From contig OY969767.1 in the NCBI GenBank assembly GCA_963702895.1, forward strand, positions 1,952,001 to 2,016,000: a stretch of 64,000 bases of DNA, written 5' to 3'. The DNA is from an uncultured Elusimicrobia bacterium (lineage in GTDB: Bacteria; Elusimicrobiota; Elusimicrobia; 2-01-FULL-59-12). The notes below the pieces were generated by a model. The model ran no database searches. It was not told where the DNA came from and was given only the letters and a program-made list of their open reading frames with translations. Below are positions 54,116-64,000 of this stretch, piece by piece (position 1 is the stretch's first letter; each line of letters opens with the position of its first letter). A program made the position numbers and the translations under genes.

Positions 54116-54813
54116 GACTTAGGCTCCTGCAAGCGCCAAGAGGAAAGGGAAGAGGAAGAAACGGACCCAAATCCAGCAGAAACAGATCCGGAGAACACCG
54201 ATCGCAGGTATTCCCATCGTAATTCCATTCCCTTCACAACCTCCCCACCAGAAGCTCCTTTGGAGCTCCCCACGCCCAAGGCCATCATGGCCATTCTCTC
54301 CCAAATGCGTGTATCAAGGCCAACGGACATCCATTGGCTGTCGATACGATCCGAAACCCGCCCCCTGGGCTGGCGAATGATGTTGGAACGGAAGAGCACG
54401 ACAAATTTGCCATCTGGCCAGCGAAGCCCCAAGTCCACGACATAGAAATGCCCGGCTTGCGGCACTTGCACATACCACTGGCGGGCAAACTTTTGCAGGT
54501 CCACGTCAAAAGAGGAGCAACTGTCGAGCGGGGTATGGGGGGATTCCCCCAAGTCATACACACGCAGGACCAGTGTGGCCACTTCCCAGCAGTTTCTGCC
54601 GTGTTCAAGGCGCACGGCTTCCGCTTTTTCAGGTGTGATTTCCCAGTAGCCAAAAAACCAGTAGGGGTCCCGTGTCATGATCACAAGACGATTGTCACCG
54701 TAGCCCTCGGGGAGGATGGCGCCATTCTCGAAGGACTGTTCGGGCCCACCGGGCTCAAACTTCCCTCGTTCGACATCTTGCTCCGAATGATGATGCGTAT
54801 GACTATTCGCCAT
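54112..54813 (-). CDS. DUF4912 domain protein
   Basis: LPEGYGDNRLVIMTRDPYWFFGYWE, LRVYD, RSN; Ser-rich tail; sits directly upstream of GH57. Confidence 0.85.
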   Translation of the reverse strand: MANSHTHHHSEQDVERGKFEPGGPEQSFENGAILPEGYGDNRLVIMTRDPYWFFGYWEITPEKAEAVRLEHGRNCWEVATLVLRVYDLGESPHTPLDSCSSFDVDLQKFARQWYVQVPQAGHFYVVDLGLRWPDGKFVVLFRSNIIRQPRGRVSDRIDSQWMSVGLDTRIWERMAMMALGVGSSKGASGGEVVKGMELRWEYLRSVFSGSVSAGFGSVSSSSLSSWRLQEPKS

Positions 54814-54975
54814 AAAGGCTAATCCTTTAAGCTAACACTGGGTAACATCTCTGGGCTAATTGACAAGGGCAGGCACTCGACCTAGTCGAGTCCTATCTAA
54901 CCAAAATCATTCCAAGTGAGTCAAGGAGTGTTTTTGTGGATTTATCGCATTAAAACCGAAAAAGCCTGCAAACAT

Positions 54976-55992
54976 TTAGATCGTACGTCCGACAGCCAAC
55001 GCGACGGCACGTAGCTCTCCCATGAGTTTTGCAAACTGATCCGGCAACAGAGACTGCGGGCCGTCCGAGAGAGCCTCCTCCGGCTTGGGGTGCACTTCAA
55101 GAATCAGCCCGTCGGCTCCGACCGCCACAGAAGCTTTGGCCAGCGCCGGGATGTATTCACGAATTCCTACGCCATGCGAGGGATCGACGATGATGGGCAA
55201 GTGGGTCAGGTGCCGGAGTACAGGCACCGCGTTCAGGTCGAGCGTGAAGCGGGTCGCTGTCTCAAAAGTGCGTATGCCGCGCTCACAAAGGATGACGTTG
55301 TAGTTGCCGTTGGCCATGATGTACTCAGCGCTCAGGAGCCATTCCTGGATAGTGGTCGACATTCCCCGCTTGAGCATGACGGGTTTTCTCGTTTTCCCCA
55401 CGACTTTGAGCAGGTCAAAATTCTGTACGTTGCGCGCGCCAATTTGAATGATATCCGCGTATTCTTCCACGAGCTTGACGTCGTTTAAATTCATCACTTC
55501 GGTCACGATGGGCAGGTTGGTTTTCTTCCTGGCCTCAGCGAGAAACCGTAACGCCTTTTCCCCATGTCCCTGAAATGCGTAGGGAGACGTCCTGGGCTTA
55601 AAGGCCCCTCCGCGCAACATATGCGCGCCCGCCTCTTTCACAGCATCGGCCGTAAGCAGAAGGCGCTCTTTCGTATCAACAGAACAAGGGCCCGCCATGA
55701 TAATGACACGCTCTCCGCCAATGGAGACACCGCGGCCCACATCAATGATGGTGTTTTCTTTCTTCAACTCCCGACTGACCAGCTTATAGGGCTTGGAAAT
55801 GGCGGTGATGCTCTCAATCCCTTCCATCGCCTCAAAAGCATCACGTGTGCGGATCGCGTTTTCACCGATCACGCCAATAATCGTGACTTCCTTGCCGTGA
55901 GTCGTGTGAGGGGTAAATCCAAGAACTTTGATTTTCTTGGCGATCGCGTCGATCTGCGATTTGGTCGCGTTGGGCTTGAGCGTTAAAATCAT
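54976..55992 (-). CDS. aroF: 3-deoxy-7-phosphoheptulonate (DAHP) synthase, type I-beta with N-terminal regulatory domain
   Basis: [37 protein letters not shown]. Confidence 0.95.
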   Translation of the reverse strand: MILTLKPNATKSQIDAIAKKIKVLGFTPHTTHGKEVTIIGVIGENAIRTRDAFEAMEGIESITAISKPYKLVSRELKKENTIIDVGRGVSIGGERVIIMAGPCSVDTKERLLLTADAVKEAGAHMLRGGAFKPRTSPYAFQGHGEKALRFLAEARKKTNLPIVTEVMNLNDVKLVEEYADIIQIGARNVQNFDLLKVVGKTRKPVMLKRGMSTTIQEWLLSAEYIMANGNYNVILCERGIRTFETATRFTLDLNAVPVLRHLTHLPIIVDPSHGVGIREYIPALAKASVAVGADGLILEVHPKPEEALSDGPQSLLPDQFAKLMGELRAVALAVGRTI

Positions 55993-57116
55993 CGACCTAA
56001 AACCTCCTTGATGGCCCGCAAAAATTGGCGGTTCTCATCGGGCAAACCGTAGCTCACCCGGATACGTTCCGGATAGCCGTATTCGTCCATCGAGCGCACA
56101 ATGATACCACGAGACAGGAGCGATTCGAACACCTCCCGGCCGCGGCGCGGTGAAACGTCCACGAGCACGAAGTTGCAGGCTGAGGGAAGTGTCGAAAGAC
56201 CGAGCCTGGCCAGTCCCGAAAGCACGATCTTACGTTCTTTGACGACATGCTGCACCGCTTTTCGGATGCGTGCTGTATCGGAAAGGCTGGCTTCCGCGCC
56301 CGCCTGAGCCAGAGCGCTCACGTTGAACGGCGGGCGTGCCCGGTCCAACGCCGCGATAATGTCACGATCAGCAAAACTGTATCCCACGCGCAGCCCCGCC
56401 AGGGCGTGCGCTTTTGAAAACGTCCGCAGAACCACAAGGTTTTGATACTCCTTTTGGAGGGAGAGTGTGTCGGGGTAATCGGCAGCGAAAGCCTTGGCGT
56501 ATTCATAGTAGGCTTCGTCCACCACCACCAGAATGGGCATGGCACGACGCGCATTGGCCGCGGCCACTCTCTTGAGGAGCCCGAGGAGTTCCGCTTGGGG
56601 ATTGTACGTCCCAGTCGGGTTGTTCGGATTGGCAATAAAGATCAGTTTGGTGCTCTCACGAACAGCCTCCGCCATGGCGGTCAAATCGTGGGTGTCACAG
56701 CGCATGGGGACCGTGATCACATCGGCTCCCATGAGCTCCGCCGCCATACGGTAACGAATAAAAGCATGATCAGAAACGACAATCGAATCGCCAGGATTTA
56801 AAAACGTCTTGCCCAGAAGTTCGATCAGCTCATCAGAGCCTGCGCCCACCATCACCCGTTCGGGCTCTGTGTTGGCTTGGCGGGCAAGCGCGGCGCGCAG
56901 CGACGTGCTTGCTCCATCAGGATAGAGAAAGAGATTCTTCCCTAGTCTTTGCATGGCAGCCAAGGCTTTGGGCGAAGGTCCTAGGGGATTTTCATTGGAG
57001 GCGAGTTTAATGATGCGTGAAAGTTTTCGCTCACGCTTCACGCTTTCGATAGACCGGCCAGGCAAATAAGGCTCAAAGCCCCGCACTTGGGGGCGGATCA
57101 GCTTGCTTGTATCCAT
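55989..57116 (-). CDS. hisC: histidinol-phosphate aminotransferase
   Basis: [38 protein letters not shown]. Confidence 0.95.
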   Translation of the reverse strand: MDTSKLIRPQVRGFEPYLPGRSIESVKRERKLSRIIKLASNENPLGPSPKALAAMQRLGKNLFLYPDGASTSLRAALARQANTEPERVMVGAGSDELIELLGKTFLNPGDSIVVSDHAFIRYRMAAELMGADVITVPMRCDTHDLTAMAEAVRESTKLIFIANPNNPTGTYNPQAELLGLLKRVAAANARRAMPILVVVDEAYYEYAKAFAADYPDTLSLQKEYQNLVVLRTFSKAHALAGLRVGYSFADRDIIAALDRARPPFNVSALAQAGAEASLSDTARIRKAVQHVVKERKIVLSGLARLGLSTLPSACNFVLVDVSPRRGREVFESLLSRGIIVRSMDEYGYPERIRVSYGLPDENRQFLRAIKEVLGR

Positions 57117-58243
57117 TATTCTCCGCGAGGGTAGGAGCCGAGTATTTTAAGAACCACACACGACCGCTCAAGAATGGCGAGAGCTTTTTGAACCCGGGCT
57201 TCCGAGCGGTGGCCAAGAAAATCGACAAAGAAGATATATTCCCAGGCCTTTTGTCGCGTGGGACGGGACTCGATCTTGGTGAGGTTGAGTCCACCCTTTT
57301 TGAAAGGCACCAGCATGTCGAAAAGCGCACCGGGGCGATCTTTTATCGAAAACATAATGGACGTTTTGTCCCTGCCTGTCGGCTCAGGCTCGGCCGTTCC
57401 AATGACAAGAAAGCGGGTGCTGTTTTGGTGGGAATCCTCAATGCGCGACGCCAGAACCCGCAAACCGTATTGGTCTGCGGCAAGCTTGGAGGCGATCGCG
57501 GCGCTGCCGCGCCGTCGGGCCGCCCGAATCGCCGCCTCGGATGTCGAGGTGGCCTCCTCGATCCGGACCGAGGGCATGTGTTCATCCACCCACATCCGGC
57601 ACTGGGTCAGGGCCTGGTAATGCGAATAAAGGACTTTTATTCGTCCGACGTCCGAGGCGCCACACATCAGGCGCCCGCCAGCCGTGTGGCGGATCCGACG
57701 TCGCACGTCGGACGTAGAACGGCCTAATAAATAGTGATGAATGGGGAGCTCGAGCTCCGCGCAGATGGAGAGCGGAGAGTCAATGAACATATCCAGCGTA
57801 TGGAAGACGCCTCCTCCGAGAGAATTTTCGATAGGCACCACACCAAAATCGGCCCGGCCCTTGTCGACTTCCGTGAAAACATCCGTAATGGTCCGAGCGG
57901 GAAGAAGCGTTGCCCCCCGTCCGAAGCACTGGAGCGCGGCGGCATGCGAAAAGGAGGCTTCTGGCCCAAAATAAGCGACCGCCATTTGTTTCTGAAGATT
58001 TCGGCAGGCATGCACAATTTCACGGAAGAGATTTTCAATCGCCTCATTGGGCAAAGGCCCGGGGTTTTGCGCCTGCAGTTCCTGCAAGAGCTTGCGTTCT
58101 CGCCCGGGGACAAAAATGGATTGGCCCTTCTGGATCTTGAGCGACCCAATCGCTTGGACAAGCTTCGCGCGCTTGGAGAGGAGCCCCAAAAGCGCCTGAT
58201 CCAGTTGGTCAATCTGCTGGCGGAACCGTGGAATGGAATTCAT
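57116..58243 (-). CDS. pheA: chorismate mutase/prephenate dehydratase, with a palindromic in-frame insertion
   Basis: RQQIDQLD CM domain, GVVPIENS, NSTRF, LTKIESRP, ILGSYP. Confidence 0.95.
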   Translation of the reverse strand: MNSIPRFRQQIDQLDQALLGLLSKRAKLVQAIGSLKIQKGQSIFVPGRERKLLQELQAQNPGPLPNEAIENLFREIVHACRNLQKQMAVAYFGPEASFSHAAALQCFGRGATLLPARTITDVFTEVDKGRADFGVVPIENSLGGGVFHTLDMFIDSPLSICAELELPIHHYLLGRSTSDVRRRIRHTAGGRLMCGASDVGRIKVLYSHYQALTQCRMWVDEHMPSVRIEEATSTSEAAIRAARRRGSAAIASKLAADQYGLRVLASRIEDSHQNSTRFLVIGTAEPEPTGRDKTSIMFSIKDRPGALFDMLVPFKKGGLNLTKIESRPTRQKAWEYIFFVDFLGHRSEARVQKALAILERSCVVLKILGSYPRGE

Positions 58244-58890
58244 CGATGATCTCGCTTCATGATTAAGGATACCTGCCGTTTGGACGTCCCGTCCCGTCTA
58301 TAGGAAAAGAAACGGGACCCGTGCATTGTACATCCCTCAAAGGGTCTTTTGCGCACCCAACGGATGCCCAAACGCTGGGCCTGTGCTTGAAGCTCGCCAG
58401 CAAGGTCGATTCTCCAGTGATGATCCCATCGCGTGCGCGTCCGTGGGAAATGCTGGGCCACGTCCCATCGAACCTTATAACAGCAGGATTGGATATGGGG
58501 CCCCAGCCAAACGACCACATCTTGAGGAGGAACGCCCCAATACCGCTTGATTTGTCTGAGCGCCTGACTGAGAATCCGCTTGGAAATACCACGCCATCCC
58601 GCATGCAACAAGCCAACCACCCGGCCTTGGCAAGCCTGAAGAAATACGGGTACGCAATCCGCTGTAAAAATCGCCAGCGGCTGAGCCGCCCTATCAGTCA
58701 AGAGCCCATCGGCGCCGGGGAATCGGGTCGATCGAGAAAGTTTAGCCACCCGGCGCACCACAGAGCCATGCCGCTGTTCGGCTGTCGCCACTCGGGAAGG
58801 CCAGTGGGCTGATTTTAGGATTTTAGAAAGCACGCCGGGCGATCGGGCATCGCCATGGCGAATTCCCGTTACAAGCGCGACAAAACTCAA
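58240..58890 (-). CDS. pgeF: YfiH/PgeF family protein (laccase-like purine nucleoside enzyme / peptidoglycan editing factor)
   Basis: QRHG, ADGL, TADCVP, HAGWRG, FFSYRR. Confidence 0.9.
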   Translation of the reverse strand: MSFVALVTGIRHGDARSPGVLSKILKSAHWPSRVATAEQRHGSVVRRVAKLSRSTRFPGADGLLTDRAAQPLAIFTADCVPVFLQACQGRVVGLLHAGWRGISKRILSQALRQIKRYWGVPPQDVVVWLGPHIQSCCYKVRWDVAQHFPRTRTRWDHHWRIDLAGELQAQAQRLGIRWVRKRPFEGCTMHGSRFFSYRRDGTSKRQVSLIMKRDHR

Positions 58891-59984
58891 GTTTGCTGGA
58901 AGGCGCCGCTGTTCTCGTTGCCGGATTGGATGCCGCGTACAGCCATCATGATCTCTTCGGGGTTGGAGGAGGCCTCAAGAGCTGTCTCAAGATTGATCTC
59001 GCCCTTATGGATCAGGCCGACCAAGGCCTGGTGAAAGGTCTGCATGCCATAATAGGAACCTTGTTTCATCACCGTCGTAATTTCAGAGAGGGTGTTTTCA
59101 AGGATGTGTTTACGTATGAGCGGCGTCACGACCATGATCTCGACAGCAGGCACGCGGCCCGATCCGGAGGCATGCGGCAAGAGACGCTGAGAAATGACCC
59201 CTCGCAAACAGTCTCCGAGCTGGAAACGAATCTGGTTTTGTTGATGGGGCGGAAAGATATCGATAATACGATTGACCGTTTGTGAAGCGTCGATCGTATG
59301 AATGGTGGAGAGGACCAAATGGCCTGTCTGAGCAGCGGTCAGAGCAGCGGCCATCGTCTCCAAATCACGCATTTCCCCCAGGAACACCACATCGGGATCT
59401 TGCCGAACAGAGTGCTTGAGAGCTTCGGGGTAGCTGAGCGTATCCTGTTCGAGCTCCCTCTGCGAAAGGATCGACTGTTTGTCTTCATGGATATATTCGA
59501 TCGGATCTTCAATGGTAATGATGTGGCGGCTTCGCGAGGAATTGATGTAATGGATGATCGCGGCCAGTGTGGTTGACTTTCCACTCCCTGTTGTTCCTGT
59601 CACCAGCACCAGGCCTCGGGGCTCATCCGCGATTTTCCTGACCGCGGGTGGAAGCTTGAGTTGTTCAAAGGTCGGAACGGTCATCGGAATGGCACGAAAA
59701 GCAACATTGACCACATTGCGCTGCCGATAAATATTGACGCGAAAACGGCCAAGCTTCTCCACCGATAAAGCGATATCACACTCCATACGCTCTTCAAAAA
59801 GCCGCAGCTGCTTCTCATTGAGAATGCTCTTGATCCACCGATCCACGGTCTCTGAGGGAATGGACTCGGGGGTCCTGAAGGCAAGGTTCCCGTCGACACG
59901 GAATGCGGCCGGCTTATTGGAACGTAAATGGAGGTCCGAGGCCCCTTTTTCCGCCATGATCTGTAAAAGCAAGCGAAGTTCCAT
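58887..59984 (-). CDS. pilT: type IV pilus retraction ATPase (PilT/PilU family)
   Basis: Start MELRLLL at 59984; ASDLHL, GTTGSGKSTT, EDPIE, RQDPD, TGHLVLSTIHT, GMQTF. Confidence 0.9.
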   Translation of the reverse strand: MELRLLLQIMAEKGASDLHLRSNKPAAFRVDGNLAFRTPESIPSETVDRWIKSILNEKQLRLFEERMECDIALSVEKLGRFRVNIYRQRNVVNVAFRAIPMTVPTFEQLKLPPAVRKIADEPRGLVLVTGTTGSGKSTTLAAIIHYINSSRSRHIITIEDPIEYIHEDKQSILSQRELEQDTLSYPEALKHSVRQDPDVVFLGEMRDLETMAAALTAAQTGHLVLSTIHTIDASQTVNRIIDIFPPHQQNQIRFQLGDCLRGVISQRLLPHASGSGRVPAVEIMVVTPLIRKHILENTLSEITTVMKQGSYYGMQTFHQALVGLIHKGEINLETALEASSNPEEIMMAVRGIQSGNENSGAFQQT

Positions 59985-59991
59985 AGAGGAT

Positions 59992-61161
59992 TTAGTTGCG
60001 CAAACGACCCGGGCGAAGGCGAAGGAAGGCTGGACGTTGGAGCTCTTCTTCGGCAGCTTTCTTTTTGAGCGTCCCAATTTCGGTGCTATCCATCAGGGGG
60101 TCCGCGGAATCTCCAGGAGTCGGTCGGGAACCCACGCGACGCTCGTAACCAACGCGCGAGGCTCTGGCGCTCACTTTCTTGCTCATGGCCCCCACGCGCA
60201 CCGCTGGGAAACCGGTCGCGATGACCGTGATCTGAATACGGTCTTCCAAGGACTCATCGAAGGCGTGCCCATAGAAGACATGGGCCTCAGGACAGGCGCT
60301 ATAGATGTAATTCATGGCCTCGCCAACCTCATGCAGGGTGATATCGCGGTTCCCCACGATGTTGGTAATCACCCCTTTGGCGCCATCGATGGAAACATCT
60401 TCGAGAAGAGGATTTTTGACCGCCAGCTGAGCCGCGCGAAGGGCGCGGTCCGGGCCGCGCGCCTCACCGATGCCCATCAGGGCCTCTCCGGCGCCCGTCA
60501 TGACCGTACGCACGTTGGCAAAGTCCATGTTGATCTCGCCGGGGTGGGTGATAACGTTCGAGATCGCCTGCACGGCCTGGCGCAACACGTCGTCGGCGAT
60601 ACGAAAAGCGTCTTCAAAACGCGTCGTGGGCTCGACAATGGACAACAACCGGTCGTTGGGGATGACGATCAGCGTATCACAATATTGTTTAAGCTCCTTG
60701 AGCCCGCTTTCCGCCTGTCCGGACTTCACGCGTCCTTCAAATTGGAAGGGACGTGTGACCACGCCAACCGTTAGGGCCTTGCAGTCCTCTTTCGCAACGC
60801 GTGCGACAAGGGGAGCGCCTCCGGTTCCTGTACCGCCCCCCATCCCGGCCGTCACAAAGACCATATCAGAACCGTAGAGGACCTCTTTGATTTTTTCTGT
60901 GCTTTCCTCTGCGGCCTGTCTTCCGACGCTCGGATTTCCCCCCGCCCCGAGGCCTCGCGTCAAACGCTCGCCGAGCTGGAGCATCAGCGGAGCTTTTGAC
61001 CTGCGTAGGGCTTGTGCATCCGTGTTGGCCGCACAGAATTCGACATGACGCAGACCTGACTCGATCATTCGGTTGACGGCATTGCCTCCGCCGCCACCGA
61101 CTCCGATCACCCGAATGATCGCAGGCTGTTCGCGAACGTCTTCGGCCAGTTTAATGCGCAT
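59992..61161 (-). CDS. ftsZ: cell division protein FtsZ
   Basis: [22 protein letters not shown] tubulin signature, PAFLR tail; ATG overlaps the ftsA stop (TGATG). Confidence 0.97.
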   Translation of the reverse strand: MRIKLAEDVREQPAIIRVIGVGGGGGNAVNRMIESGLRHVEFCAANTDAQALRRSKAPLMLQLGERLTRGLGAGGNPSVGRQAAEESTEKIKEVLYGSDMVFVTAGMGGGTGTGGAPLVARVAKEDCKALTVGVVTRPFQFEGRVKSGQAESGLKELKQYCDTLIVIPNDRLLSIVEPTTRFEDAFRIADDVLRQAVQAISNVITHPGEINMDFANVRTVMTGAGEALMGIGEARGPDRALRAAQLAVKNPLLEDVSIDGAKGVITNIVGNRDITLHEVGEAMNYIYSACPEAHVFYGHAFDESLEDRIQITVIATGFPAVRVGAMSKKVSARASRVGYERRVGSRPTPGDSADPLMDSTEIGTLKKKAAEEELQRPAFLRLRPGRLRN

Positions 61162-62414
61162 CAGAATGTCTCCTCGACCCAATCGCGCACACGCTGGGCA
61201 ATCGATCCGGCACGCGGGGTGCGACGCCGGCCTGTGGTCGCGGTCGCCCACTGCGATTCTCCGCGATAGGGAAAGCCGAGAAGCCCGATCGCCGTGGCGT
61301 AGCTGGGGTGACCGACGATTTCACTCTTGCCGACGACCCCTTGAGGAAGTCCTACGCGGCTCGAAAGCTGCAGAATCTTTTCAGCAGCCAGCTCAATACC
61401 TTTCAGCAGAGAGCCGCCCCCCGTGAGCACCGCACCCCCGGGCACCACCCGGTCGGAATAGCCGGAATCTTGCAACTTCTCAGAGATCATCGTGAAGATT
61501 TCCTCGACGCGGGGCTCGATAATGTCAATGAGGGTGCGCCGGCCGACTTTGCGGAAGGTGCGGCCGTCCATCGCTGTAAAATTGACCTCGCCATCGTTTT
61601 GGTCCAGCAGGCTCGACATGGCGACACCAAAGTTTTCCTTGATCTGCTGCGCCTGCGACAAAGAGGTCCTCAGTCCATAGGCAAGATCACGTGTGATGGA
61701 ATCAGCGCCGATGGAAAGCTTCTCCGTGAAATGGATGCTCCCATCGAAATACACCGCGATATCGGTGGTTTGCCCCCCAATATCAATGAGGAGCGACCCC
61801 AGATCACGCTCTTCCTGCGTGACCACGACCTCCCCTGCCGCCAGAAGCCCGTAAATGGGCTCTGTGACGGAGAAACCGGCCATGTTGATCGCCTTAAAGA
61901 TGTTGCTCAAGTGAGAGCGGGAAGCGGTGACGATTTGCACATCCACCTCCAGCAGAGAGCCTTCCATCCCAACAGGGTTGGGGACGCCTTGCTGCCGGTC
62001 CAGTGTAAAGCCTTGCGGGATCGTGTGGATGATTTCGCGGTCAGAGGAGAGATGAATGGCTTGCGCGCTTTCGATCGCTTTCTCAACGTCATCGGCTGTA
62101 ATTTCTTTGTCTGTGCGAGCGATGTTGAGAGCCCCGTGATTGTTAAAGGTCTGCAGGTGGCCCCCTCGAACGGCGATGGTGACATCTTTCACCATTTCCT
62201 TGGCCGCGTCCTCGGCTTCCTCACATATACGCGTCACAGCACGAGCGGTTTCGTTAATATTGATGACGACCCCACCCTTGAGACCTCCCGGGCAGGCGCT
62301 GCGTGATCCACTTAAGATTTCAATCTGCCCGGTCTGAGCATCCCGCCGACCAATCACACAGGCCACCTGGGCGCTGCCAATGTCGAGGCCTGCGATAATA
62401 TCCGTTTTTGACAT
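61161..62414 (-). CDS. ftsA: cell division protein FtsA
   Basis: [26 protein letters not shown], amphipathic C-terminal helix. Confidence 0.96.
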   Translation of the reverse strand: MSKTDIIAGLDIGSAQVACVIGRRDAQTGQIEILSGSRSACPGGLKGGVVININETARAVTRICEEAEDAAKEMVKDVTIAVRGGHLQTFNNHGALNIARTDKEITADDVEKAIESAQAIHLSSDREIIHTIPQGFTLDRQQGVPNPVGMEGSLLEVDVQIVTASRSHLSNIFKAINMAGFSVTEPIYGLLAAGEVVVTQEERDLGSLLIDIGGQTTDIAVYFDGSIHFTEKLSIGADSITRDLAYGLRTSLSQAQQIKENFGVAMSSLLDQNDGEVNFTAMDGRTFRKVGRRTLIDIIEPRVEEIFTMISEKLQDSGYSDRVVPGGAVLTGGGSLLKGIELAAEKILQLSSRVGLPQGVVGKSEIVGHPSYATAIGLLGFPYRGESQWATATTGRRRTPRAGSIAQRVRDWVEETF

Positions 62415-62449
62415 GATGTCCCCGCCTCTCTAACCCCTAAAAGATGATT

Positions 62450-63238
62450 TCATGGTGAGCGTGACGATTTCGGTAACACTATTATGCGTCCCTGATCGAA
62501 AAAGCGCAAATCCGCCCACGCTGTTCCCCCCGAATGTGCGTGCATATCGTCGAGAACGCGGAGAAGGGCCTGCACTTTTTTGCCGATCGATTCTTTTTCC
62601 GGCTGGCCCCACAAGATGACCGTGCCGGATTTGGTCGTGAGTTCAAGCGCTCCATACATATCCTGTTTGAGCGCGATCACTCTGGACCAGAAGGGGTAGT
62701 AAGAGGCTAATCGCATAAGCCAACGTCCGAGGTCGACGCGTCCCGTCGAAGCTGTAAAGCTTGCTTGAGGAAGATCTTTCCAGGCACCAGGCCTGGCGGG
62801 AAACGACACGCCTTCGCGATCGAACCCCTGGTTGTTCCAGAGGACCAGGGGAACACGAGGTTCGAGTTGGATGAGAACGGAATTCGTACGCCAAGACTTC
62901 GCCAAACGCACCCTTCGCACAGCAACGTACTTACGGCGAAGTTTCTTGTCTAACCAAAAAGGCACGCCGGGAAGCCAGAGGAGAAAGGCATTTTGAGGAA
63001 GCTCGGCCAAAACAGGCAAACCCGCAAGCGCATTCGGAAGAACGACCCGGATTTGGGGCGTATGCTGTCGCACAAACCTGGACAAAATGGAATCTCGGCC
63101 GGCGACCACGCCCACGCCGAAGCCAACAACAAGAGCCACGACGATACTGCGCCGCAAGGCGGTGTGAATACGAAACCGCAGTTGTTCGCGCCGTTTAAAA
63201 CGAAGCGCAACGCGCTGCTTACGAAGCCGACTAGCCAC
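62450..63238 (-). CDS. ftsQ: cell division protein FtsQ/DivIB-like
   Basis: Basic N-terminus, single TM, C-terminal DLRF motif; lies between ddl and ftsA. Start uncertain. Confidence 0.7.
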   Translation of the reverse strand: MASRLRKQRVALRFKRREQLRFRIHTALRRSIVVALVVGFGVGVVAGRDSILSRFVRQHTPQIRVVLPNALAGLPVLAELPQNAFLLWLPGVPFWLDKKLRRKYVAVRRVRLAKSWRTNSVLIQLEPRVPLVLWNNQGFDREGVSFPARPGAWKDLPQASFTASTGRVDLGRWLMRLASYYPFWSRVIALKQDMYGALELTTKSGTVILWGQPEKESIGKKVQALLRVLDDMHAHSGGTAWADLRFFDQGRIIVLPKSSRSP

Positions 63239-64000
63239 CCGATTCCTCGGCCAGCTTGACGACAAGGGCGTCAAAATCCAGCCCTGCCGCGCGCGCGGCC
63301 TCAGGCAGGAGCGAGGTCTCGGTCATGCCGGGGATCGTGTTGACTTCCAAAAGACAAGGGCCGCACAGGCGGTCGACAATCATATCGACCCGTGCGGCAC
63401 CTCGCGTGCCGAGCAACCCACAAGCCTTTACCGCCAAGGCTTGGCACCGGGTTTGGACCAGTTCCGAGACACGCGCTGGCACGATATGCCGAGAGCCCCC
63501 GGGAGCGTATTTGGCATGAAAGTCGTAAAAGGACCTGTTGTGCTGCGGCAAAATCTCAATGACGGGCAGCGCCTTCCGACCGAGAACCCCCACCGTGACT
63601 TCTGGCCCCTCCAAGTACGTTTCGACCATGGCCGGTGCGCCATAAGAGAGCGCAAGGCGCAACGCCCGCTTCCACTGCGAGGCCCGCTTGACGATCGAAA
63701 CCCCGACGGCAGATCCTTGTGAGACGGGTTTTAGGACGACCGGTAATGGAAATGGCGAGCGGGGAGTCGGTTTTGAAATCAGGGCGAAGGCCGCGGTTGG
63801 AAGCTTCGCCGCCTGGAAAAGGTCTTTGCTGCGAGCTTTATCCATGGCCATCGCAGAAGCAAGAACGCGTGAACCGGTATAGGGGATCCTGAGCCACTCG
63901 AGCAAGCCCTGGACTTGGCCATCCTCACCGCCAGTCCCATGCAGTGCGATATAGGCAAACTGAATTCGTTTCCTTCTCAGGGATCCAACGAGATCTTGGG
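63231..64000 (-). CDS. ddl: D-alanine--D-alanine ligase, partial (5' end beyond window)
   Basis: ALHGTGGEDGQVQG (upstream of the ORF-track start), PYTGS, MDK, GSAVG, LEVNTIPGMT. Confidence 0.96.
   Translation of the reverse strand, partial: QDLVGSLRRKRIQFAYIALHGTGGEDGQVQGLLEWLRIPYTGSRVLASAMAMDKARSKDLFQAAKLPTAAFALISKPTPRSPFPLPVVLKPVSQGSAVGVSIVKRASQWKRALRLALSYGAPAMVETYLEGPEVTVGVLGRKALPVIEILPQHNRSFYDFHAKYAPGGSRHIVPARVSELVQTRCQALAVKACGLLGTRGAARVDMIVDRLCGPCLLEVNTIPGMTETSLLPEAARAAGLDFDALVVKLAEESGG

Overview
This is a bacterial chromosome segment from a diderm organism (it carries FadL, OmpA-domain proteins and type IV pilus genes; an Elusimicrobiota-like lineage is a guess from gene content only). 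From left to right: (1) 1-6.1 kb, an accessory minus-strand operon of HTH regulator, FadL, FabF, ACP, hot-dog thioesterase and two translationally coupled 7TM sensor proteins. The two sensors appear to share one GAF domain split between them, and the second is a histidine kinase missing from the ORF track. This is a candidate fatty-acid-derived signal synthesis and sensing system. (2) 6.4-12.7 kb, an orphan OmpR-type regulator, small phage-like genes, an AAA_14 ATPase, an apparently intact group II intron with a matching EBS1/IBS1 pair, REP-like cassettes and a PilZ-like gene. (3) 12.7-27.4 kb, a glycan-utilisation locus without SusC/SusD: four CBM-like paralogues, a beta-barrel-Ig-OmpA protein, two clan GH-A hydrolases, a GPH symporter and a sugar ABC transporter. 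(4) A Sel1-repeat membrane protein. (5) 29.9-37.4 kb, a pilB(split)/pilC locus embedded in a receiver/Hpt/HisKA-only phosphorelay. (6) 37.4-64 kb, a housekeeping run: tRNA nucleotidyltransferase, acyl-CoA ligase, opp, M16 pair, tRNA-Arg, alaS, GH57, aroF, hisC, pheA, pgeF, pilT, ftsZ, ftsA, ftsQ, ddl. In this run, REP-like palindromes have entered the coding sequences of pheA, oppF and oppA in frame. All calls come from reading motifs by eye; no database searches were run.
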